From positions 1-57,564 of IMG/VR virus record IMGVR_UViG_3300004816_000007: a DNA stretch of 57,564 nucleotides; one strand, given 5' to 3'. Positions within the stretch are counted from its first letter, which is position 1. The number at the start of each line of letters is the position of its first letter. Below are positions 19,000 to 28,538 of the stretch, one piece after another. The position numbers and the translations under genes were made by a program. Origin of the DNA: a virus. Taxonomy: Duplodnaviria > Caudoviricetes. The notes under the pieces were generated by a model. That model had not been told where the DNA came from. It made no database searches and saw only the letters and a list, made by a program, of their open reading frames with translations.

Positions 19000-20863
19000 A
19001 CCTCAGTCAATGAGTGGACTTACCCTCGGTAGCCTTTTTGACGGTTCGGGTGGTTTTCCATTAGGCGGCTTGATATCCGGTATAACCCCTGTGTGGGCAT
19101 CGGAAATTGAGCCGTTTCCTATTAGAGTAACAACAAAAAGGCTACCCTTTATAAAACATTATGGTGATGTTTCAAAACTAGATGGTGCCAAAATAGAACC
19201 AGTGGATATTATTACATTTGGTTCACCCTGTCAGGATATGTCCGTTGCAGGTAAGCGAAAAGGCTTAAATGGTAATCGCTCAAGCCTTTTTTATGAGGCA
19301 ATAAGAATTATAAAAGAAATGAGGTGTACAACCAATGGCAAATATCCAAGATATATTGTATGGGAAAATGTACCTGGAGCATTCTCCTCAAACAAGGGAG
19401 AAGACTTTAGGGCGGTCCTCGAAGAAATCTGTAAAATCAAAGATGCCAGTATTACAGTTCCTAAACCTAAGAAATGGTCAGCTGCAGGAGAAATCATGGC
19501 AGATGCGAGAATCGCATGTGGTAGATTCTCCGTTGCATGGAGAGTGCTTGATGCTCAATACTGGGGAGTTCCCCAACGAAGAAAACGTATCTTCCTTGTC
19601 GCAGATTTTGCAGGTAGGGGTGCCGGAGAAATATTATTTAAGTCAGAAGGCTTGTCTGGGTATTCTGCGGAGAGCTTCCGCTCGTGGCAAAGAACTACCT
19701 CCGATGCTATCAAGGGCATTAAAGAAACAAGCACTGTCTGCTTAAATGACCAAGGTGGAAAAAGAATGGATGTAACAAAAGATGTGACCTGCACCCTTCG
19801 TGCAGAAAGCCATCATCCCCCACTTGTATTTGAAAATCATTCACAGGATTCCCGATATAAGGGGCCACTTGATGTATCACAGACCGTTCTTTCAACTTTT
19901 GGTACTGGTGGTAATAATCAACCTTTTGTAGTAGAAACACCTAAGACACTGAAAATCCGATGTGGTTGTGAGGGTGGCGGGAAAGGTGCATTGATACAAG
20001 ATGATATTTCAGCCACCCTTGGTTGTAATAATGATCAAACTTTGTTTGTGCCAAAGGTATACGGTATTTGTTCCAAGGAGAGTAATTCTATGAAATCAGA
20101 TAATCCAAACAGTGGGATTTATGAGGCAGATACATCAAGAACTATTGATGCTAATGGTAGTAATCCATCCTGTAATCAAGGTGGTATGGCTGTGGTGGAA
20201 AGCTATGCACTGCAAGGATCTATGATTGGCAGAAAGGATAAGAATGGACCACAAGGTGATGGCATCGGTGAGGACATTTCATTTACCCTTAATACAGTAG
20301 ATCATCATGCAGTTGCTTATGGGATTGATCGTGCCGCATTTAATCAAGGGAAAAATGCAAAGTATAGTTTTGCAGTCGATGAAGAGGTTGAACCGACTAT
20401 GGTTGCAAAAGGACCAGGTGCTGTTGCTCATCCTACTTACAGTGCAAGTAAGGCATCGTTTTTCACTTCTGCAAAAGAAGAACTGGCAAACACTTTGGTA
20501 GCTACAGATTATAAAGATCCTCCACTTATTAATGATGTTGATGGACTTGATTATATTGTTCGAAGGCTAACACCAATTGAATGTGCAAGTTTACAGGGAT
20601 TCCCAAAATGGTGGTGTAGTAATCTTGAAACAAAAAATCCAACTCAGGATGAAATTATTCTGTGGAAGGAAATCTTCAAAGTTCATGTAAAAGCAATTGG
20701 TAAAAATACAAAACCAAAGACGGATAACCAAATTAGAAAATGGTTACAAAAACCGCATTCAGATTCTGCAGAGTATAAGATGTGGGGCAATGGTGTGGCT
20801 CTTCCTTGTGTATGTTTTGTATTATCGGGAATTGTGTGGTTTACACAATTTGATAGCAAATAA
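18986..20863 (+). CDS. Phage DNA cytosine-5 methyltransferase (alpha chain) with long repetitive variable region
   Basis: SLFDGSGG, FGSPCQD, WENVPG, VPQRRKR, RRLTP.EC..LQGFP, YKMWGNGV. Confidence 0.9.
   Translation: MKQNKPQSMSGLTLGSLFDGSGGFPLGGLISGITPVWASEIEPFPIRVTTKRLPFIKHYGDVSKLDGAKIEPVDIITFGSPCQDMSVAGKRKGLNGNRSSLFYEAIRIIKEMRCTTNGKYPRYIVWENVPGAFSSNKGEDFRAVLEEICKIKDASITVPKPKKWSAAGEIMADARIACGRFSVAWRVLDAQYWGVPQRRKRIFLVADFAGRGAGEILFKSEGLSGYSAESFRSWQRTTSDAIKGIKETSTVCLNDQGGKRMDVTKDVTCTLRAESHHPPLVFENHSQDSRYKGPLDVSQTVLSTFGTGGNNQPFVVETPKTLKIRCGCEGGGKGALIQDDISATLGCNNDQTLFVPKVYGICSKESNSMKSDNPNSGIYEADTSRTIDANGSNPSCNQGGMAVVESYALQGSMIGRKDKNGPQGDGIGEDISFTLNTVDHHAVAYGIDRAAFNQGKNAKYSFAVDEEVEPTMVAKGPGAVAHPTYSASKASFFTSAKEELANTLVATDYKDPPLINDVDGLDYIVRRLTPIECASLQGFPKWWCSNLETKNPTQDEIILWKEIFKVHVKAIGKNTKPKTDNQIRKWLQKPHSDSAEYKMWGNGVALPCVCFVLSGIVWFTQFDSK
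19335..19745 (+). CDS. Overprinted (+1 frame) methyltransferase beta-subunit-like protein
   Basis: SSLSQIL..VPEKYYLS.KAC.GILRRA..RGK.LP..L..AL; own SD GAGGTG 8 nt before ATG. Confidence 0.7.
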   Translation: MANIQDILYGKMYLEHSPQTREKTLGRSSKKSVKSKMPVLQFLNLRNGQLQEKSWQMRESHVVDSPLHGECLMLNTGEFPNEENVSSLSQILQVGVPEKYYLSQKACLGILRRASARGKELPPMLSRALKKQALSA

Positions 20864-20962
20864 GTTATCTGTTTTCTACATTTAAAAAGTGTTGAAATCT
20901 CTTGCTATTTCTATGCTTTAGAGTGATATATGTATATACAAAAAAGAAGGAGGTTTCACACT

Positions 20963-21634
20963 ATGATTATTAAGTATAATGTTTCTGGCAAGGAACGAAA
21001 AAAACTAGTTCACGCTATTGCAAGATGGTTGGAGTGCGATGTGAAATATTTAGGTGCTCCGACATTTGCTTACAGGGTAGATAATTTTACCATTGATAAA
21101 GATGGTAACCTTGCCTTTGAAGACAAAACTGACAGCGAAATAGCAGATCGTTTGATTGAACATCTCTATGATGAAGGCTATGAATGTGAGAATATAGCTG
21201 AAGAACCACAAGGTATTGCAATTCAAATGCCACTGGAAGGATTTGACGATGGTTCACTTAAGAACCTACGCACCCTAGTTAAGGCAAAAGGCAATCTTAT
21301 TAAAAAAGCAATTGGGGTAAATGAACTTCCAATTAACATCCTTAATGATAGATTGGATTTTCCTTGGTTTCCCGAAGAGCCTACTCCAGATGAAGTAAAG
21401 GCATATATGCATTTTATAACGGCTCTTTGCAATTTGGCAAAGAAACAAAAAAGGGTAACTGTAAAGAAAAAAGATATCGATAACGAGAAGTATGCATTCC
21501 GCTGTTTCCTTTTAAGGCTTGGCTTTATTGGAAATAAGTATAAGGAAGAACGCAAGATTCTTCTTCACAGATTAACAGGGTCTACAGCATTTAAAAATGG
21601 CAAAAAGAGTGAGGAGGTGAAATCATGCGAGTAA
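20963..21634 (+). CDS. Conserved phage protein (often labelled virulence-related protein)
   Basis: G.ERK.LV..I, YLG.PTFAY, FPWF, NEKYAFRCFLLRLGFIG; SD AAGGAGG. Confidence 0.7.
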   Translation: MIIKYNVSGKERKKLVHAIARWLECDVKYLGAPTFAYRVDNFTIDKDGNLAFEDKTDSEIADRLIEHLYDEGYECENIAEEPQGIAIQMPLEGFDDGSLKNLRTLVKAKGNLIKKAIGVNELPINILNDRLDFPWFPEEPTPDEVKAYMHFITALCNLAKKQKRVTVKKKDIDNEKYAFRCFLLRLGFIGNKYKEERKILLHRLTGSTAFKNGKKSEEVKSCE

Positions 21635-21861
21635 TTTCTAAAGAGGAACTAAAAAGCCTTCGTAAGCAATTTACAGCAGGGTGTCGAGTTGAACTTCTAC
21701 AGATGGATGACATACAAGCACCTCCGATTGGAACAAAAGGAACAGTTATTGGTGTTGATGATATTGGTTCAATCATGGTGAAATGGGACAATGGCTGTGG
21801 CCTTTCAGTAGCCTATAGCGAAGATAGGTGTAGGAGGATTGACAATGAACAAGATAATTAA
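21625..21861 (+). CDS. DUF4314 family protein
   Basis: G.RVEL..MDD..APPIGTKGTV.GVDDIG.I.VKWDNG. Confidence 0.85.
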   Translation: MRVISKEELKSLRKQFTAGCRVELLQMDDIQAPPIGTKGTVIGVDDIGSIMVKWDNGCGLSVAYSEDRCRRIDNEQDN

Positions 21862-22024
21862 AGAGCAGATTCTTGCAGTTCGTGATACAGGCCTTACCAA
21901 TATGTTTGATATCCATGCGGTACAAAGAATTGCCTATGAGATGGATTTTTATGAACTAGTGAATTTTCTTGAAGAAGAAAAGGAAAAGTATGTGAAATTC
22001 ATAATCAACGGTCAGGAGGATTAA
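21845..22024 (+). CDS. DUF5049 family protein
   Basis: IKEQILAVRDTGLTNMFD..AVQRIA...FYELV. Confidence 0.8.
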   Translation: MNKIIKEQILAVRDTGLTNMFDIHAVQRIAYEMDFYELVNFLEEEKEKYVKFIINGQED

Positions 22025-22027
22025 GTT

Positions 22028-22255
22028 ATGTGGAAAGAAGGAAGTTTGAAAGTTTATAAAAGTATTTTCCACTACTGGATGAAAGTTTATGATGAAAGCA
22101 GTAAGTTCGGTATTGATGGAGGTAGGGTCAGCAAACTTACTTTAAAGCGTAACGGTGAAATTGTATGCAACTATGATAGAGGTTGGGATATAAAGCCGGT
22201 TGATAAAGAAACACAGCTTGCACTCGAGGTACTTCTCCACAGTGAGAATCACTAA
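22028..22255 (+). CDS. Conserved phage hypothetical protein
   Basis: MWKEG...K.YDE.S.FGI.GG..SKL...NYDRGWDI.P; SD AGGAGG. Confidence 0.75.
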   Translation: MWKEGSLKVYKSIFHYWMKVYDESSKFGIDGGRVSKLTLKRNGEIVCNYDRGWDIKPVDKETQLALEVLLHSENH

Positions 22256-22366
22256 TTTGCAAAATAAAATATAAATGGATAGGGATTGAGCTATAGGGCT
22301 CTTTCTCTCATAATACAGCTGAAATAAGGCTGTATTTTTATGTTTACAAAAAGGAGGTGACCGCAT

Positions 22367-23968
22367 ATCAGAAAGCTGAAGGAATACAAACCGACTCGAT
22401 TTAAAGCAAAGGATTCATACTATGATAAGGATGCTGCAGATTATGCGGTCGGTTTTATAGAATGTTTATGTCATACCAAAGGTATATGGGCAGGAAAGCC
22501 GTTTGAACTAATTGATTGGCAGGAGATAATAATTCGTGATATTTTTGGCATTTTAAAGCCAAATGGCTACAGGCAGTTTAATACGGCATATATAGAGATA
22601 CCAAAAAAAATGGGTAAATCAGAAATCGCTGCAGCTGTGGCATTATTACTTTGCTGCGGCGATGGTGAGGAACGTGCTGAAGTTTATGGGTGTGCTGCTG
22701 ACCGTGGGCAAGCTACCATTGTTTTTGATGTGGCAGCCGATATGGTACGTATGTGTCCAGCACTGAATAAGCGAGTGAAAATTCTCGCATCGCAGAAAAG
22801 AATCATCTATTTGCCTACTAATAGTTTTTATCAAGTGCTGTCCGCTGAGGCCTACAGCAAACACGGATTTAATATTCATGGGGTTGTATTTGATGAGTTG
22901 CATACGCAGCCCAATAGAAAACTTTTTGATGTAATGACAAAAGGCTCTGGTGATGCCAGAATGCAGCCATTGTATTTTCTTATCACTACAGCTGGAACGG
23001 ATACAAAATCTATCTGTTACGAAACACATCAAAAAGCAAAAGACATCTTGGAAGGCAGAAAGATTGACACTAGATTTTACCCAGTTATTTACGGTGCAGA
23101 TGAATCGGATGATTGGACTGACCCAAAAGTATGGAAGAAAGCAAATCCCTCTCTTGGAATTACAGTTGGCATTGATAAGGTAAAGGCTGCTTGTGAATCT
23201 GCAAAGCAAAACCCTGCTGAAGAAAACTCTTTCAGACAATTAAGGCTTAATCAATGGGTAAAACAAGCAGTTCGTTGGATGCCAATGGATAAGTGGGATA
23301 AATGTGCCTTTGCTGTATCAGAGGAAGATTTAAAAGGCAGAGTCTGCTATGGTGGTCTTGACCTTTCTTCTACAATAGATATCACGGCATTTGTGCTAGT
23401 ATTCCCACCAATAGATGAAGATGACAAGTATCATGTTTTACCTTATTTTTGGATACCCGAGGAGAACCTTGATTTAAGAGTAAGACGTGACCACGTTCCT
23501 TACGATGTATGGGAAAAACAAGACTTTCTTAAAACAACCGAGGGTAATGTTGTTCATTATGGTTTTATAGAGAAATTCATAGAGGAACTTGGCATGAAAT
23601 TTAACATAAGAGAAATTGCTTTTGACCGTTGGGGTGCTGTTCAGATGGTACAAAACCTTGAGGGCATGGGGTTTACCGTTGTTCCATTTGGACAGGGATT
23701 TAAAGATATGAGTCCTCCAACAAAAGAATTAATGAAACTAGTATTGGAAGAGAAAATGGCGCATGGTGGGCATCCTGTTTTAAGGTGGATGATGGATAAT
23801 ATCTACATCCGTACCGACCCAGCAGGCAATATAAAACCGGATAAAGAAAAATCAACAGAGAAAATTGATGGTGCTGTGGCAACGGTTATGGCTCTTGACA
23901 GAGCAATCCGCTGTGGTAATGATACGAGTGCTTCGGTATATGACGAGCGAGGGATTTTGTTTATTTGA
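22367..23968 (+). CDS. terL: Terminase large subunit (ATC start)
   Basis: Walker A EIPKKMGKSE, Walker B VVFDELH, ITTAG, nuclease GLDLS, KIDG; frame open from ATC 22367 behind AAGGAGGTG. Confidence 0.9.
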   Translation: MRKLKEYKPTRFKAKDSYYDKDAADYAVGFIECLCHTKGIWAGKPFELIDWQEIIIRDIFGILKPNGYRQFNTAYIEIPKKMGKSEIAAAVALLLCCGDGEERAEVYGCAADRGQATIVFDVAADMVRMCPALNKRVKILASQKRIIYLPTNSFYQVLSAEAYSKHGFNIHGVVFDELHTQPNRKLFDVMTKGSGDARMQPLYFLITTAGTDTKSICYETHQKAKDILEGRKIDTRFYPVIYGADESDDWTDPKVWKKANPSLGITVGIDKVKAACESAKQNPAEENSFRQLRLNQWVKQAVRWMPMDKWDKCAFAVSEEDLKGRVCYGGLDLSSTIDITAFVLVFPPIDEDDKYHVLPYFWIPEENLDLRVRRDHVPYDVWEKQDFLKTTEGNVVHYGFIEKFIEELGMKFNIREIAFDRWGAVQMVQNLEGMGFTVVPFGQGFKDMSPPTKELMKLVLEEKMAHGGHPVLRWMMDNIYIRTDPAGNIKPDKEKSTEKIDGAVATVMALDRAIRCGNDTSASVYDERGILFI

Positions 23969-23984
23969 AAGGAGTGTGATTTTT

Positions 23985-25319
23985 ATGAGCATATTTAGCG
24001 GCCTTTTTCGGTCAAGAGATAAACCTACTAACAGAACTGTTGGTTCAAGCTATGCCTTCTTTTTAGGAGGTTCAAATTCTGGGAAAGTTGTGACAGAACG
24101 TTCTGCTATGCAGATGACAGCGGTTTATTCTTGTGTTCGTATTTTAGCAGAGGCGGTTGCGGGTTTGCCTTTACACCTTTATCGCTATACTGATGATGGT
24201 GGCAAAGAAAAAGCACTTGACCATCCGTTATATCATCTGTTCCATGAAGAGCCTAATCCTGAAATGAGTTCATTTGTGTTTAGAGAAACGCTTATGACTC
24301 ATTTGCTTTTATGGGGTAATGCTTATGCACAGATAATTCGTAATGGTAAGGGGCAAATAGTTGCACTCTATCCGCTTATGCCAAACAAGATGACAGTGGA
24401 TAGAGATGAAAACGGTCAGCTGTATTATCTATATACCAGATCATCGGATGAAGCTCAAATTATGAAAGGGGTCACAGTCAAACTTAGTACTTCTGATGTT
24501 CTGCATATTCCTGGACTTGGGTTTGATGGTCTTGTTGGATACTCGCCAATTGCAATGGCAAAGAATGCTATTGGTCTTGCAATTGCCACAGAAGAATATG
24601 GAGCAAAGTTTTTTGCTAATGGGGCAGCACCAAGTGGTGTGCTTGAACATCCAGGAACAATTAAAGACCCTAGCAAAGTTCGTGAGGCTTGGCAGACACA
24701 GTTTGGAGGCAGTGCTAATTCCAACAAAATAGCTGTGCTTGAAGAAGGAATGAAATATACACCGATATCAATTTCACCCGAACAGGCACAGTTTCTTGAA
24801 ACAAGAAAATTTCAGATAAATGAGATTGCTCGAATTTTCCGAGTACCACCACATATGGTTGGTGATTTGGAGAAGTCGAGCTTTTCTAATATTGAGCAAC
24901 AATCACTAGAATTTGTAAAATACACACTTGACCCTTGGGTAGTTCGTTGGGAGCAATCGTTGTCACGTATTCTTTTTACTCCAGATGAAAAAAAGAAATA
25001 CTTCTTTAAATTCAATGTAGAGGGACTGCTTAGAGGTGACTATGCAAGCCGTATGAACGGTTATGCGACAGCAAGGCAAAATGGTTGGATGTCTGCAAAT
25101 GATATTAGAGAACTAGAAAATCTTGACCGAATACCTGCAAAAGATGGTGGTGACCTCTACCTTGTTAATGGCAATATGCTCCCACTTAATAGTGCAGGTG
25201 CTTTTGCAGATAATGAAAGCAACAATGAAGGAGAGGAGGAAAAATCTGATGAAGAACAAGAAATTCTGGGTGTGGAAGAATCAAACAGACGAAAAGCAGG
25301 ACGTAGAACGAGTACTTGA
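23985..25319 (+). CDS. HK97-family portal protein
   Basis: AVYSCVRILAE.VA.LP, LLWGNAY, G.SPI, QFLETRKF...EIARIFRVP. Confidence 0.92.
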   Translation: MSIFSGLFRSRDKPTNRTVGSSYAFFLGGSNSGKVVTERSAMQMTAVYSCVRILAEAVAGLPLHLYRYTDDGGKEKALDHPLYHLFHEEPNPEMSSFVFRETLMTHLLLWGNAYAQIIRNGKGQIVALYPLMPNKMTVDRDENGQLYYLYTRSSDEAQIMKGVTVKLSTSDVLHIPGLGFDGLVGYSPIAMAKNAIGLAIATEEYGAKFFANGAAPSGVLEHPGTIKDPSKVREAWQTQFGGSANSNKIAVLEEGMKYTPISISPEQAQFLETRKFQINEIARIFRVPPHMVGDLEKSSFSNIEQQSLEFVKYTLDPWVVRWEQSLSRILFTPDEKKKYFFKFNVEGLLRGDYASRMNGYATARQNGWMSANDIRELENLDRIPAKDGGDLYLVNGNMLPLNSAGAFADNESNNEGEEEKSDEEQEILGVEESNRRKAGRRTST

Positions 25320-25986
25320 ACTTTATGGCACAATTGCAGAGGAAAGTTGGTTTGATGATGATGTAACTCCAGCAATGTTTAAAGAAGAACTCTTTAGAGG
25401 CAATGGTCCTATTACGATATGGATTAATTCGCCTGGAGGAGATTGTATTGCAGCAAGCCAGATTTATTCTATGCTTATGGACTACAAGAGTGATATAACT
25501 GTGAAGATTGACGGTATTGCTGCTAGTGCCGCATCCGTTATTGCTATGGCAGGTACAAATGTTTTAATGGCTCCTACTGCACTTATGATGATTCATAATC
25601 CTGCAACTATTGTAGTTGGTGACCATGAAGATATGCAAAAAGCTATGGATATGCTCGGTGAAGTTAAGGAAAGTATTATCAATGCTTATGAAATCAAGAC
25701 TGGTCAATCGCGCACTAAACTTTCGCATCTTATGGATTCAGAAACATGGATGAATGCAAACAAGGCAATAGAATATGGCTTTGCAGATGATGTGCTTAAA
25801 GATGAAAAATTAACCGATATTACCGTTTCTGCATATGCATTTTCTAGAAAAGCCGTTGCAACCAATCTGCTTAACAAAATTGCGGAAAAGACTACACACG
25901 TAACTGCAGTGAAAACTGCTAAACCCGAAGGACGCTCTGTTGAAGAACTGAAAGAGCGTCTTTTTGCTATTAAAAAATATTTATAA
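25249..25986 (+). CDS. ClpP-like head maturation protease
   Basis: INSPGGD, GIAASAASVIAMAG, MMIHNP, ETWM.A..A...GFAD; between portal and capsid. Confidence 0.9.
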   Translation: MKNKKFWVWKNQTDEKQDVERVLELYGTIAEESWFDDDVTPAMFKEELFRGNGPITIWINSPGGDCIAASQIYSMLMDYKSDITVKIDGIAASAASVIAMAGTNVLMAPTALMMIHNPATIVVGDHEDMQKAMDMLGEVKESIINAYEIKTGQSRTKLSHLMDSETWMNANKAIEYGFADDVLKDEKLTDITVSAYAFSRKAVATNLLNKIAEKTTHVTAVKTAKPEGRSVEELKERLFAIKKYL

Positions 25987-26001
25987 ATGGAGGAATTACC
26001 T

Positions 26002-27198
26002 ATGACTATTACAGAAATGCGTGAGAAACGTGCAAAGATGTGGAATACAATGGAAGGTTTCCTTGATACCCACAGAAATGAAAAGGGTGTTTTAAGTAGC
26101 GAAGATGATGCTACTTACACCAATATGGAAAAAGACCTTGATGATCTCACTAATGAAATCAAACGTATGGAGCGAAAAGATGCCATTGAGGCAGAACTTA
26201 ATAAGCCTGTGAATATACCCCTTACTGAAAAACCTATGAATGTCAAAGATCATAACAAAACTGGGCGTGGCTCCAATGAATACACAAAGAGTTTCTGGAA
26301 TGTAATGCGTTCCAAGACTCCAATACCATCTGCTATAAATGCTCTGCAGGTCGGGACTGATTCGGAGGGTGGCTACCTTGTTCCTGATGAGTTTGAGCAT
26401 ACATTAGTTGAGGCTCTCCAAGAAGAGAACATTTTTCGTCAGCTTGCAAAGATTATCCAGACTTCTAGTGGTGACCGCAAGATTCCAGTTGTTGCAACTA
26501 AAGGCTCTGCCTCTTGGATTGATGAAGAAGGTGCTTTCACTGAGAGTGATGATTCCTTTGGACAGGTGTCTATCGGTGCTTATAAGCTAGGCACAATGAT
26601 TAAGGTGTCCGAAGAACTCTTAAATGACAGCGTGTTTGATCTTGAGAGCTATATTACTAAGGAATTTGCTCGCCGTATTGGAACCAAAGAAGAAGAGGCA
26701 TTCTTTACTGGTGATGGTTCTGGAAAACCTTTAGGTATTCTTGCTACAACAGGTGGAGCCCAAACAGGTATCACAACAAAAGGAGAAAATGCTATTACGT
26801 CTGATGAGATAATTGATCTATTCTATAGCCTTAATGCACCTTATCGTAAGAATGCCATATGGATTCTTAATGATGCAACTATAAAGGCCATTAGAAAGCT
26901 TAAAGATGGCAGTGGTCAGTATTTATGGCAACCTTCCCTTACTACAGGAACTCCTGATACTTTATTGGGAAGACCGGTTAAAACTTCTGCTTATATGCCT
27001 ACTATTGCAGCAGGAGCAAAGACTATTGCATTTGGTGACTTTGGTTATTATTGGATTGCAGACCGTCAAGGTAGATCTTTTAAGAGACTTAATGAATTAT
27101 ATGCTGCAACCGGACAGGTTGGGTTCCTTGCATCTCAACGTGTAGATGGGAAACTTATTCTTTCAGAAGCTATTAAAGTTCTTGCGCAGAAATCTTAA
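26002..27198 (+). CDS. HK97-family major capsid protein
   Basis: Coiled-coil delta domain, GGYLVP.EF, VSEELL.DS, G.G..KP.GI, G.YLWQP, FGDF. Confidence 0.92.
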   Translation: MTITEMREKRAKMWNTMEGFLDTHRNEKGVLSSEDDATYTNMEKDLDDLTNEIKRMERKDAIEAELNKPVNIPLTEKPMNVKDHNKTGRGSNEYTKSFWNVMRSKTPIPSAINALQVGTDSEGGYLVPDEFEHTLVEALQEENIFRQLAKIIQTSSGDRKIPVVATKGSASWIDEEGAFTESDDSFGQVSIGAYKLGTMIKVSEELLNDSVFDLESYITKEFARRIGTKEEEAFFTGDGSGKPLGILATTGGAQTGITTKGENAITSDEIIDLFYSLNAPYRKNAIWILNDATIKAIRKLKDGSGQYLWQPSLTTGTPDTLLGRPVKTSAYMPTIAAGAKTIAFGDFGYYWIADRQGRSFKRLNELYAATGQVGFLASQRVDGKLILSEAIKVLAQKS

Positions 27199-27211
27199 GG
27201 AGGAATGACCT

Positions 27212-27442
27212 ATGAGTTATAATGCTAAAAACTATACCGAACAGGGCGGCGAAAAAACCGTTATTGGTGGAACTCTTGAAATCAGTGGCACTCTAGAAAT
27301 TAAGGAGGGTGCTACAATTTCTGGTCTCCCCAAAGCTGAAATGCAGGCAGACAGTACAGCAGAAGATATATCAAGTCTTGTTACAGATTTTAATGCACTT
27401 CTTACAAAACTTAAAGCTGCTGGTTTTATTGCAACGGAATAA
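27212..27442 (+). CDS. Head fibre/decoration-like protein
   Basis: NYTEQGG..TVIGG.L, DFNALL.KLK.AG; follows capsid gene. Confidence 0.65.
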   Translation: MSYNAKNYTEQGGEKTVIGGTLEISGTLEIKEGATISGLPKAEMQADSTAEDISSLVTDFNALLTKLKAAGFIATE

Positions 27443-27459
27443 CAAAGGAGGAGGTGGTG

Positions 27460-27777
27460 ATGGCAACTACAGGATTACTTGATAAAGTAAAGCAAAATCT
27501 CATAATCGACCATACGGCAGATGATGTGCTACTTAGCAGTTATATCACTGCCGCCATTTCTTATGCGGAAAGTTATCAGCATATTGAAGAAGGTTATTAT
27601 ACAACTAATGTTATGCCTGCTACTACAGAACAAGCAATAATTATGCTTGTAAGTCATTTTTATGAATCAAGAGATGGTTCTACAGGTGGATTCTTTGCAG
27701 ACAATGTTTCTGCAAGTCAGCAAGTTTGGAATACGGTCAATCTTCTTTTGCGGCTTGACCGTGATTGGAAGGTGTAA
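27460..27777 (+). CDS. Head-tail connector (gp6-like)
   Basis: VK.NL.IDH..DD.LL.SYI.AA..YAE; position. Confidence 0.8.
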   Translation: MATTGLLDKVKQNLIIDHTADDVLLSSYITAAISYAESYQHIEEGYYTTNVMPATTEQAIIMLVSHFYESRDGSTGGFFADNVSASQQVWNTVNLLLRLDRDWKV

Positions 27778-27778
27778 G

Positions 27779-28120
27779 ATGAGTTTTGGAAAGATGAACA
27801 GTTTTGCTGATATTAAAGCAATAACAAAAACAAAAGATGCTGAAGGGTTTGCTACTATTGCAGAAACATCACTTGCTCATGTTCGTGTTTATAGAGAAGG
27901 CAGGCATGGGAGTGTGCGTTGGGCAAACCTTGCTGCTTTTTCGGAGGCTACAGACCTTTTTAGATTCAGAATTATTCCGGGAGTTACTGTTACAACTGAG
28001 CATTTCATTGAGTGTGATGGTGAGCATTTTGATATTATTTCTGTAGAAAATGTTAAAGGACGTGGAATGTATATAGAGGTTTTAGCTAAAAAGGTGGTGA
28101 GTACGGTTGGCAAAGGTTGA
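27779..28120 (+). CDS. Head closure/head-tail adaptor protein
   Basis: KD.EGF, F.FR.IP, FDI.SVE; position. Confidence 0.75.
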   Translation: MSFGKMNSFADIKAITKTKDAEGFATIAETSLAHVRVYREGRHGSVRWANLAAFSEATDLFRFRIIPGVTVTTEHFIECDGEHFDIISVENVKGRGMYIEVLAKKVVSTVGKG

Positions 28121-28538
28121 TATAAAGATGCCAGAAGATTTTCTACTTAAAATGTCTAGACTTGGGGACAAGAGTGATGATATTGCAGAAAAGGTACTTG
28201 AGGCGGGTGGTGATGTTGTCCTTTCTAAAGTAAAAAGGAATCTGTCATCTGTGATTGGTAAGAATACAAAGTATGAATCTCGTTCCACAAGAGAACTTAC
28301 AAACGCTCTTGGTGTAACTGCAGTCAAAATGGACAGAAACGGTAATCACAATGTAAAAATTGGTTTTGCGGAACCAAGGTCTGACGGAGAAAGCAATGCT
28401 AAACTTGCCAATATTATTGAGTATGGTAAGCATGGTCAGCTTGCAAAGCCTTTTTTGAAACCGGCAAAAAGTTCCTCAAAAGCAGAGTGCATATCTGTTA
28501 TGCAAAGCACATTTGAAGAGGAGGTTCAAAAACTATGA
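28107..28538 (+). CDS. HK97 gp10-like tail completion protein
   Basis: IIEYG...Q.AKPFLKPA. Confidence 0.8.
   Translation: MAKVDIKMPEDFLLKMSRLGDKSDDIAEKVLEAGGDVVLSKVKRNLSSVIGKNTKYESRSTRELTNALGVTAVKMDRNGNHNVKIGFAEPRSDGESNAKLANIIEYGKHGQLAKPFLKPAKSSSKAECISVMQSTFEEEVQKL

Noticed and set aside
19736-20560. Intein or intron in the long C5 methyltransferase
   Set aside because: No intein terminal His-Asn/Cys signature or homing endonuclease motif seen; better explained as repeated TRD-like units
22610-23968. ORF-track start for terminase, or a truncated terL pseudogene
   Set aside because: The start would bisect Walker A; the upstream frame is intact back to ATC 22367
25249-25986. Host clpP gene
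   Set aside because: Position between portal and capsid identifies it as the phage head protease
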